From Klebsormidium nitens (Eukaryota > Plantae > Klebsormidiophyceae): 64,000 nucleotides of DNA. Below, in pieces: positions 37,693-48,384 of this stretch. The notes under the pieces were generated by a model. The model did not search any database and had not been told where the DNA came from. It saw only the letters and a list, made by a program, of their open reading frames with translations. The stretch's first letter is position 1. Each line of letters starts with the position of its first letter. Location of the stretch: NCBI GenBank assembly GCA_000708835.1, contig DF237014.1, forward strand, positions 124,001 to 188,000, in the 5' to 3' direction. A program made the translations under genes and the position numbers.

Positions 37693-38585
37693 TGCTTACG
37701 GTATGGGTCTCTGGCGCTGGATCTGAACGCCGCAGAATGGCGTCGCTTTTGTACGGGCCGTGAGGAAGGCTCGCTAAAAATCTTGGAAGTTGTAGTGTGC
37801 CGTCGCACTCCTTTGAGGGACTCGAGAAGGGAATGTGGGCAAGCGGAGAGATTGTGGCCACAGGTTTGTGCTGAAAGGATCATGCCGCAAAACTTCTGCA
37901 AACGGTAAAGCTGGGTAAAGGTTTGACGAAAAGGAATCCTGGGGGAACAAAATCGCGGTGGATGGATTGGAGCCGCACGGTTGAGCCACGTTGACCTTAT
38001 CGTACGGTTCAAAACCCCGCTTTTTGTCTGACCGGGGAATTGCATTTTCGGGGAGCGGACCAAGAGCTCTTAAGTTGGGCTGGGACCTATCGGGCCCGGG
38101 GCTTTGTCTTCGTCTTCCCGGTAGGCAATCCAGTTTCGACAAAGATCCGAGCTTCCGGGATATGTATGACGTCAGCAAGCCGTGACGCAACTTCGTTCAG
38201 GCGCCAACGCAGACCGTCCATTCTGCCCATGTGGATGAGTTTACGGCTCTCAACTAAACCCCAGTGAGCACTTTTTCGCTTTTTGCATCACGTGACATAC
38301 CCGGCCCTCTGATTGGCTTTCGATAAGAGCCCTTCTCCTTGCACAAGCTAATTGGTTCAACTTCATGCAACCAGCCGCCGCGCTTCTGCCCCTGGAAGAG
38401 GATCACACCTTTAACATCTCACATCACACATCTAGTCCATGTTTGCACGTCTCATTTCTATTTACCTGCTGAAGGTAGAGCGCTGCTTTCGCTTGTACGG
38501 GAAACAATTCATATCACAGGCACATGCTCCAGGACAATCGCTGGAAGTAGGGAGCTGACACGTTGGAATGCAGTGGCTAACGACA

Positions 38586-41044
38586 ATGGAGCATTACAAA
38601 ACGCCCAACCAGGCATCTGGCACACGGCTTGCTGTCGACCTCTACTTGGATGTGGGGTCACCTTACAGCTGGTTCGCCTTGGAAGTGCTTGATAGGTGCG
38701 CCCAGCGAGAATCAAGGGAACATTCGTGATTGTGTACTTGTCTGTTGACGAAGCCCACTCTGCTAAATTCTGAAAGTCGGTTAACACCTGCTTCCAACCA
38801 AAGCTCACCAAGCCAAGTTCAACTTCTCAAATGAGGCTGATGTTCTTTCAAGGCTCACACATCCTCCACCAACATCGAGAACCTGTGGTAAGGCAAGCCA
38901 TGAGGTAGCGTTTTCAACGATTGATCTGCTCTTGCTTTTCCCTTTTGGTTGTAGCTGTGGGAAATCTTTCTTGATTGCAGGTACCGCACAACCTGGGACC
39001 TGGACCTTGTCCTCCGCCCGGTGCTGCTTGGAGCAATTCACCATGCAACAGGCAACGCAATGCCAGCAATTGTAAGAGCAAGAGGTAAGATCACCTCTCT
39101 TCCAAATTGCCCAATCACTGCAATTCAAGGGGTGGCCGGGTAGGAAGAGACCTGAGTAAACATTGTATTGCCAAACGAATAGCCCACTTCAATCAAAAGC
39201 ACTTTCCCTGACAACCTTAGATCAAAGTTTACTTTTTTAGTTCGGATATTCGCGCTCCTTTCGATCCGTCCTTCGTGTCCCCTTGGCCTCCACCTGGTTC
39301 CAGTCAGGTTCGAGTGTTCACTCTTTCATCGGTCTATATGTAGACCGCAATACAACGGCTTCTTAAGAGTTGATGGATTTCCATTTTCATACTTGCTCTG
39401 ATTTGTAAGGATTAGATCTCAACTGATCTTGTTGGTGACTAGACTAACAATTTCTCGTTTTACCTATTTTCCTTATGCACTCCTGGTTGCACTTGCACTT
39501 GGCACTCATAGTTGCTCCATTACGCAGGTGCGCATCTACTGCGGGACTTGCACAGGAGTGCGGTGTTCTTTGACCTGCCTTGGGAGGGAGGTCCCAGTTC
39601 GTTTGGCACACCTGCTTTCAACACCATGAACTGTCAGCGGCTGCTTACAGTGGTCGCCATGGACAAGGTGAGACTGCCTTATGTGCTAATGAGGGTCTGG
39701 AAGCTCTTCAATGAGTCGGCTTTTTGCACTAGGCCACGTGTTAAATTTCGAGTCGGCTGATGGAAACTGCAGGGAGGACATGCTCCAGCCGGCCACTGGA
39801 TCCCACGGCCTGACGTAGTCAAAAAGTTTCCGACTTCTTTTTAAGACTGCTGATTTGTGACTTTTTCCAGAGGTCGGAACCTAGCCTAAGCATTGCTTTT
39901 TGAGAGAACACAAGCATATTTTGTCTTTGGGAGTCATCTTCCGCTGCCCGCGTTTCAATTGTGGCGCAGAGGAGCCTTGCTTCAATAACCATATTTCTCC
40001 TCGTCTTTGGGGGCTTGCCAAGGAAGCCATAGCTCCTTCGTGGGCAAACATTTTCACTGGTCTGTCACATGCATAACTCAGACCGCCTTGTTTCAGGAAG
40101 ACGCCTTTGAAGCAAGAAGAGATGGAAGTCGGAACTTTTGTAGTTGCCCTTTTGTTGAGCCCCGAACTGCCAAGCTTCGACTGACAACAACGAGAAAGGT
40201 GAGAGAAAGGTGGATCAGGACTTTCACCTTCACTTCTCGTCTGGCCTGGGTGCCCTCAAGAACCCATGCCATGGCTTTCCAGTGCACTGACATCACCCGG
40301 AATGGAGAGTGAAAGGCTGTGAATAGTAGACTTCGCTGCTATCTGTGCAGGGCGGGGCATCTGTGGAGTTGTTGGCCTTGGCCCGTGCAATGTTTTCCAC
40401 CATCTGGAGATCCGCAGGGCAGGAGTTAGACGTGCGAGACGCCGAGTTTCTGAAAGGTTGCTGTAGCAAAGCGGGCTTCACACAGGAGGAGACCGACGTG
40501 TACTATAGCAGGCTGCAGCGGGATGACACCAAGGCGAAACTGAAGGTGGGCATCTCAATGCTGATTTGTCCACTACGTTTCTGCTCTTTAAAGGGCCACG
40601 CTGTCGAACGAAGTGCATCGCTCTCTTTCTCTAGTGCAGATTGCGTCCAACCATGCTTCAACGGCGAGGCAGGTTGTTGACCGTTGTAAAGATTGAAAGC
40701 GAACAGTCGAAAGCGAACGGTCGAAAGCGAACGGTCTTGCAATCCCCATTAGTACGAACCGAGACACCCGATGAAGTCGGGTGGATCATCCATTGAGAAG
40801 GGATAGTCACAGATCTATGTCTGCTTCGATCGTACAGGAGACTACTACAGAAGCGATCCAGGCAGGTGCATACGGAACGCCTAGCATAGTAGTAAGGGCC
40901 TGCCAATCTGAAGAACATGCTGACCTACCCAATTCCTGGTCATCAAAGCCACAGCTGTTCTTCGGCTCGGACAGATTTGAGCAGCTCGCGTTTATGTTCA
41001 AGAAGCCATGGCATGGGCCGTGTCCTACTCGAAGTAAACTCTAG
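38586..41044 (+). CDS. GSTK1: Kappa-class glutathione S-transferase / HCCA-isomerase-like (DsbA fold) with C-terminal SKL
   Basis: Exons 38586-38695 (DLYLDVGSPYSWFALEVL), 38981-39084, 39528-39667, 40351-40545 and 40838-41044 (GAYGTPSIVV...LFFGSDRFEQL...KPWHGPCPTRSKL*). Phases are consistent and the kappa catalytic Ser motif SPYSW is present. Confidence 0.92.
40695..40736. repeat. 14-bp tandem repeat x3 in a GSTK intron
   Basis: gaaagcgaac(a/g)gtc x3. Confidence 0.9.
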
Positions 41045-41435
41045 TGGGTGGAACGAAAGCTCAATTGTGACAGCTTTGACGGTGATAAATATATACACTT
41101 CTGTTGTCCGGTTTGCAAAAACTAAAAGTCTGATTCAACGTCCAACGCTTTCTGAATCAGCGATGAAAGCGGTGGGTTACGTAATACTTGCCTGGCAACT
41201 CGACATGGACGAGCATGCATCCAAATTTTGAGTTGGTACGTGGTTCTCTGTACGCACTCCATGCATGTCGCGGATCTTGCAGCCGCGCCGCCATTCTATG
41301 TTGCACGCTGCTGCGGCGAGATGGCTTAGGGCTGCATACATGTCAATGATCGACCGTTTCTTGCTTTGATAGTGGGTTGATATGTAGGAAACTGGCACCA
41401 AGTCAAGCTAGCTGTTATCAGGCAGCCCTTTCGTG

Positions 41436-44400
41436 TCACGACCCAACGACGCACGTTTGAGCCGACAGTCTGTCCCGCGGCCGCAACCTCCCCACACTCA
41501 CTGGCTCGGGTGAGCGCGCTTGTGCTCGGCTCCGGGCCGCCTGTGCCGGTTTGTTGGCGTCCGCTTTCCCTCCGTTTCCACTCGACTTGCTGACGAGCAG
41601 TGGGGTGCGTTGGCTACTGGTCTGCCCGCGCACAGGCCGCGTGTCCTCTTCTGAACCGGACGACATGCGACTCCTAGGTCCGCCAACTTTACCCTGCTCC
41701 CCTCGAGTTGGCAGTTGCGATTTTGTTCGCCCTTCGCCCCTGGTCTTGTTTGGTGGAGCAGCGTGTTCGACTACAAGGACGTCGGCCCTTTGGGCTTCTG
41801 CAGCCACCGAGGGGAAAGTCAGACGATTGTTGATGTGTTTGATGCAGCAGTGATTAGATAAGGAGCAGCTTCCGACTTCATGCCAGCCGATAAGGAACGA
41901 ATTTGTTAAGTCTGTCGAGGAAACTGAAAAAAGTGAAACGATCGTTTTCCAACCCTTGTTGCGCCCACTTACCTTCTTCTCCCCTTCTACTTTCCAGCAG
42001 TGCGTCCCCTTCCTCTGCCGACTTGGCCTGCAAGCAGCGGCGAATGACAAAATCAGTCCGATGGCGCTCACGGGAACGGTAGTCGTTATGGTCGTGGCTA
42101 GGCTCACGCAAATTCCAACATTCACACTTGTCCAAGCACCGTTTGGAATCGTTTGTGGTCCTTCTGACATCCAGACCGGTATGAGCCCGTAGCGGAAGCC
42201 TTAACGCGTAGGCCGCGACTCTTGGAGGCACCAAGAGGCTGTACTAGCCCGTGTTTCACGAGGTTAAAACCCTTTCGTGACATTTGGGCTCATGATCGGC
42301 ACACCTCAAGTCTCGTATTCCGTTTCCAGTTGCAGACCACAGCTCCTGCTGAGCACAAGCATCTTTGCTGAGGCGGACACACAAAACTCTCACCTTGACC
42401 TCCGCCAGCTCCTGCAGCAGCTCTCGGTGGTCGTCCCCAACCGCCCCACTGCCTGGCGCCAAACCCGCGACAGTGGTCGGGGAGTATTCACCGCTCGAGT
42501 CACGCGGAGAGGCGGAGACGCCGTGGGCCGCTTGCCCGCCGCTAGCTTTCCGCCGTCGAAGGGCTTGGACTGTCATGGGGAGCGCACGGAGGCAGGCTTT
42601 AGCAAAGAGCGCTATCAGAACAAGGCGCTTGGGAAGGTGTGACCCATGTTTCAGCCATTAAAAGTAGAAGCGATGCAAATTCTTTTGAGGACCTTGGTAG
42701 CACAATACGGACAGAGAAGTGTCGTCTTTCGTTGTGACAACGTCCATCGTTTCGAGATGGATCCGACATCTACACAATTAGACCACTTGCTTCTTGACAG
42801 CAGCCCATCGAGGATGTGTTGCGGGGTCGTGAAGCCTACCTGGGTTCCCGCAAAAGACCTGGTCAGTCCCGAAGGTCAACTCGCTGGCGTGGTCGGAAGA
42901 AGACCCCTCCTCGGACACCCTGCGCGAGCAAAGTCCGCATGCTCATTGCAACGAGACCGTTACGCATCTGCTTGGGGACTTTGGAGAGTCAGCCGTTGAT
43001 CGAGAAGCAAGGCGTCATCAAAATTCAACGGTTTTAGAAAGTGGAGCTGATTTACTGCTTCCACAGACAATCTGAGAACCGCTGTACGTGTTCCATGGCC
43101 CCTCGGCAAGTTTGCCGCACAGCGTAAGAACAGTGGCAAAGCCCGGAAGCGTTGAAGCCGGCTCACCGCTGAAAACTCGCGGGCCGTTGCCGGGCTGTCC
43201 CAGGCCTTGTCCCGGCTGCGGTGCCCGGCCTTCCTCCTGCGGCCGTGCTGGGGCGGGAGCCAAAAGCGGACATGGGACGCACTCCTGAGGACGGGGTCCA
43301 AGGTCGGGGAAGGCCCGCGCTGTACGAGTGCCGCATGCGTGCGGCCGCGGAGGCGGGCCGGCCCGACGTGCTCTGCAGCCGGGAAAGGGAGGGAGTGGGT
43401 TCTAAAGCACGGCCGTTGGGGGGCGAGCAGCGTTTGCCAAATGTGGGGAACGAATGATGAAACGCAGGCCAGCAATGAGGGGCGTGGAAGCAGAGGGGCA
43501 TGTGCGCGAATTCGAAAAGGAGCTGAGGTTGAGAAGAACCAAACAGATTGTACAACTTTGCACTTCTGCTTCGATTGGGAGTGTAAGAGGACGAGGTGTG
43601 GAAGACTGAGAGTGGCGACGTGTGATTTTCGAGTCAACACCTCTTTTGGAGGCGCGATGTAGATTCTCACCGGCGCTGAGCTGGCTCTTTCTCCGCAGAC
43701 AGGCTGTCGAAGAGTCTCGTCCTGCAAGAAAACCGGCTGTGAGGAACTTCCACCGGTAGAGGAGCGCAGCTAATGCTTGCCTGGCTTCCTAGCTTACGAA
43801 TCGCAAACCACTGTTCAATGATCAGCTGCCCCCAAAGTCCCGTCGCACGGTCGAGTGCTGCGACTTCAAGCATTACGTATGCCCACTTTCCACGAGAGAG
43901 GCCCAGCGGTTTTGTCTCACCGGCGCTGCTGCCACCCTGGCGTATTTGATGCCGTCCCGCACCAGCACCAGCTCTCGCAACTCGTCCGCACTGCGGGGCG
44001 TTTCCGGAGCAGCCTCGACAACCGGAGTTTGACCGGGCACCTGACCTCCTGCCGCTGCAGCGTCTCTGTCACTTGGGCCAACCGGCAGCTCGTCCAACAT
44101 AGTGAGCTGCAACAGGCACGGCACGATACTAACGATGTGTACTCTGCACAAATTGATATCTTTCACCTACTCCAAAAGGTAGCCGGCAACAAGTCATGAA
44201 GGTACAAAAGTCCAAGATTGGTTCGTGAGTAAGTCCTGAGAACAGCGTCATTGTAGCGGTTCTCCTTTATTTCTCGCCGCTCCTTGCTGCAAGCCCTGGC
44301 AAGAGCAGCATCAAGTCTGTGTTCGTGACGTACCGTGGGTATGAGCTCTACCACGCTGCTTCGATAGTTGGGGGCCGCCGCAACATCGTTTCCCTCCAGA

Positions 44401-45897
44401 GTCAATGCTTGTAGCTTGGGGCACATGCCAAGAAACGCCACACCGTCCAGGTCGGCTACCTTGTTGGCCTCTAGGTCCAGGATCTGCCGCAGTCAGAGCA
44501 ATCGCCATGATTCTGTGTGGCTTCTCAGTGCCACACAGGTGGACGTCAACATGAAGAGTCTGTTCGGTACTTCAGTATTGCATTTGAGAGTGGCACGATA
44601 AAAGTTCAGTATGATGTGAAGTCGTATAGTAATGTTACCAACCCCATGGAGGTCGGTCTCCTACTTTTCATACTACTTCTATTACACAAACGAGATATGC
44701 TGAGCATCTTGCGGCAGTAACTCACTTCCAGGTTCTCCAGGCCTGCGATAGGCGCCAGATCCTCAATGTCGTTGAAAGCAGCGTACAGTTCCCGCAGCTT
44801 GGGCAGGCTGCTCAGACCATCAACTTCCTGGAGAGGACAATAGGACCAGTGCTTGACAGGCGGCTTTACCGAACATTTCTGAGAGAGTCTGGAGGTTGTC
44901 AGCATTGATCGACTCGGAGCAGAGAAACTGAACTTGCTCTTGAATAGCCAGGCATTGCTGTAGCCTCTTTATTGACTTATTTACCCCTCTGTCCACCATT
45001 TGCTAGGCACTGTGTTTCAAGTGCTTGCACCCGGTAGCCCACCTGTAGGCCGCAGCGTGGCACCCAGAGGACCTGCAGCTGCATTAGGCCCGTGCCGAGG
45101 TCCCGGATCTGGGGCAGCGTGCTGTCGAGCAACTTGAGTTCCCGCAACTGGGGCACCAACTGCATGGAAAATTGGAGTGAGCAAGTCCACATTTCGAAGG
45201 TGCTCGTCAAACTGGATGGCAAGAACAACATCAGAATGCTACACCTGATGCCGCGAGCGGTAAGCATGGTGGTGGTAGAGCGTGAGTGCGTACCTGGCCC
45301 ACATCGAAGAGGCATGCTTCCGCAGCATTCACGGAGAGCTCCAAGCAGGACACGGTGGACAGGTCCTGCACTTGGAATAAGCTGTCAGTCTGCTGGGGCG
45401 CCTCATAGGGGAAAAAGGGGGCCCTCTGGTCAATCAAAAAGGTCAATCCAGCCAAAGAGTTCTTTAAGCCCCAATTGCAATCCCAGTATTCTGTTGGGTT
45501 GTACCACCTCCTCCATCTTGCTTACATGCTTCTTCACGGCCCTGGATTTGAAGGTCTTCCTTATTAAAGGCAGCTCTAAACTGCAACAATGTCTTTAGAA
45601 GGGGTTGAAGGTTGGTGGCATTGCAAGAGGAGCAAATACCGCACGCTTTACAAGGGGTTTTCCTTTGAGGAACTTGTGAGAGTTTTGGCAGCTGGCAGAG
45701 CCCACCCTGGAGGAAAGAGAGGGTGGCCGCCTGTGTCAGTTTACCACACAATGTCACGCCCTTGCTGCTTCTTCACAGCTACCTCAAAAGTAACAGTCCA
45801 GTTCTGAAGCATTTACCTCAGCTCCCGTCACAGTTCGTAGAAAAGCAGCAGTCAGTCCGCCTTCAAATTCCACTGCTTCCACATCCCCGTCGTCCAT
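41436..45897 (-). CDS. LRRC56: LRRC56 / ODA8-like leucine-rich repeat protein (outer dynein arm maturation or transport factor)
   Basis: LRR block LRELKLLDSTLPQIRDLGTGLMQLQVLWVPRCGL, LRELYAAFNDIEDL, LDLEANKVADL, CPKLQALTLEGN; then ELVLVRDGIKY, RP(S/G)TA repeats, and the spliced motif ELTFGTDQVFCGNP|VQALRRRK, which resembles the LRRC56 LT.G...LCGNP..GLR.RR motif. Confidence 0.85.
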
Positions 45898-45921
45898 TTT
45901 GAGCTCAACAAGCAAGCCGCA

Positions 45922-46081
45922 TTTATGAGTGGGCCACAAATGGAGAACGCTGACCCATGTATTGCTTAAGGCAGGACAGCTTTATTGGATTACACCACAG
46001 CTGTACAATCTTGCTTGAAAGTCTAAAGGATTAATGACCAGGTACGTCTGTGTTTCAGAGGTGGGCCAGAATATATGGGCC
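45922..46081. promoter_or_regulatory. Three TGGGCC site-II-like motifs just upstream of the LRRC56 ATG
   Basis: TGGGCC at about 45932, 46062 and 46076. The motif is short, so function is unproven. Confidence 0.3.
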
Positions 46082-47573
46082 AAAAGCAATCCTGCACAAA
46101 CTAACCAGCCGCCAATCCAAGATGGTGTAACTTGAAAATTGTCTTTGTCACAGCAGATAATTTTGCATCAGCCAGCTTGGCATCAGAGCCGTCTCAGCAA
46201 TCAGCTCTAGCAGGCAAGAGCTACAGCACCGAAAAAACAATGTTCAATAAACTAGCAATAGCTACCTACTCCAGTCTTCAACATCGGATGAAGGCTTGCA
46301 TCATGATGCGCCGCCCAACTGGCCATCCTCCAAAAATTGCATCGCCCTATTTTGGCGCCCTTATGGGGGCCTACAATCTGGTACAAGCATGCGACATGAA
46401 CAGCGTCTCGATCAGACTTCTGACTCTCGGTGTTGTTCGCAGTACCTCCTTGGATACACATTGAAGCTTTGCAAACTCACACCTTGTTACGCGCGCGTAG
46501 ACGCCCATAAAGACATTTTAACCATCCATTTTCTCACTTGTTCAACCCCAGCCGTCGCTTCAGACCGTACTCGATCTGTGCACTGAGTGAACATTAATGC
46601 AAATTCTCGTCGTACATGCAGCAGACACGAGAGCTTCAAGCGTGCTTATGAAAACGCGCCGAGGCTTTCCGAGCACTGTACACAGCAGCGTCCCCAATCA
46701 TCTCAGACCGTGCAGTCCCACTGTCTTTAGTGATTGGCACTCTCAAAAGCGGATTGAAAGTTGCTGAGTACCACCGGCACATTGTGCAGCTGACATGGCT
46801 GCAAGCCTCGCTGTATTAATGATCTAGCAGAAGGAACGCAATGCTGAGTTCCAACTCATCTAAGATGAGGATTTGTACAAGACTGGAGTCACCCGATCGG
46901 GACCCTATACCTTCATTCTGGAGAGCGTGCATTGTTACGTCTGTGAACAGCACCTTGATAGGGACAGCATTACGGCATTGCTCCAGGATGCGCTTTAAGA
47001 GCAGACCCACCGGGACATTCGTCTGGTCGAGCCCCTGCTGGCATGCTGTGCTTGCACTCATCGTGCATGACATTTGCTTCAGGACAGTCCCGATACAACG
47101 TCCTCAGCATTGCAAGCCGATCTGGGACTTGCTTGAGGGGCTAAATCAACAGGAAGGCCGATCACGGGTCCCAGAATCACAAGTGTAAGTGACATGAGCC
47201 TTCTCTCAGTTGCACAAGACAGTGCTGCTAGTTCAGCTTGTCACTGCCTTCCTCGCTCTGGTGGACGACTTTAGTGGGACAGCTTAATAGATCCTGACAC
47301 ATTACGAGTAGGTGTTACACAAACTTGAGACAAATAATCGAAAAGGGGCTGAAATCCTATGACTGCCCCTCCGCTAAGTGCGGCTACTTGGCGCGGTAAC
47401 TGAAGTGGCTCCCTTCATGCTGACACACTAATTACTAATTCTTAGCTTGCTGGCAGCAAGGACTCTCAGTTGCCATTGAATGCCCATAATGCTGATAGAA
47501 AAGCAGGGGACCCCAGCTTTACGATTGCACAGGGGTGCCAGCACAAAAATTGCGTCTCAGATGGGCTTCTCAG

Positions 47574-48219
47574 CAGAGGTTCTAGCAATTTTTTGCCGGC
47601 CGTGCATTCTGCACGCCGGGCTCCGCCCGGGCGTGCAGAGCCGGCTCCCCGGCGTGCACGCTCGGGGCCAAAGCTCCCGACCGGGAGTTTCCGGCCTGCA
47701 TGGCCGGGCATTCATGCCGGCCCCATCATAATCCGCCAACCCCAGATATCATCGATAGCCTGGCCGTAAGCCAATGCATACGGATGGATCGGCCCAAGTC
47801 TTCCCTTCCAGTCCCAATTTTCGATTCATACCGATACGTAGAGCCACAACTCTGACGGCAGGAGCTCAAGTTGCTTTTATCCACGGTTCTTGGTCGTTGA
47901 AATATTTATCGAACGGTCATTCTGGTTGCAAACTGTATGCAAGTTTTTACAGGGGTTGTAAGGTTGCTCGGGGCTAAAGCGAAGAAGGAATTGGCCCGAT
48001 ATTTCGTCAGCTTGAGATATGAACGGAGAGGTCTGTCAAAAGCTTCAATGGTCATTTCTGAGTCACTTGCCGCACCTTATAAGTCATGACTACCGGGCAT
48101 TTGGTTTAGACCCCTGGGAATTCCTGCACGCTGACCTGCACGCCGGGCTGCCGCCCGGGCGTGCAGACAATCACCCGGGCCTGCTATGCACGCCAATCTG
48201 CACGCCGCTAGAACCACTG
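47574..48219. mobile_element. Non-autonomous hAT-type DNA transposon (MITE), 646 bp
   Basis: 13-bp terminal inverted repeats with 12/13 match (CAGAGGTTCTAGC at 47574-47586; GCTAGAACCACTG at 48207-48219); perfect 8-bp TSD CTTCTCAG (47566-47573 and 48220-48227); subterminal TGCACGCC repeats at both ends; no transposase ORF. Confidence 0.9.
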
Positions 48220-48384
48220 CTTCTCAGCAGATCTTAGTAAGTTCGTTTGGCAAAACTGCTCGTCAAACGGTGCCTCCAAATACTGGCCGACTGTCTGGTT
48301 TTTATGTGAATCCACACTGCCCAATTGCAAGAGACATCGTCGATTTGCACAGATTGTTTTCTGCGGCCCACTGTTGCAGGCGGC

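Noticed and set aside
39290-39325. B-box-like GGTTCGAGT in a GSTK intron (possible tRNA or SINE)
   Set aside because: No cloverleaf, A-box or acceptor stem.
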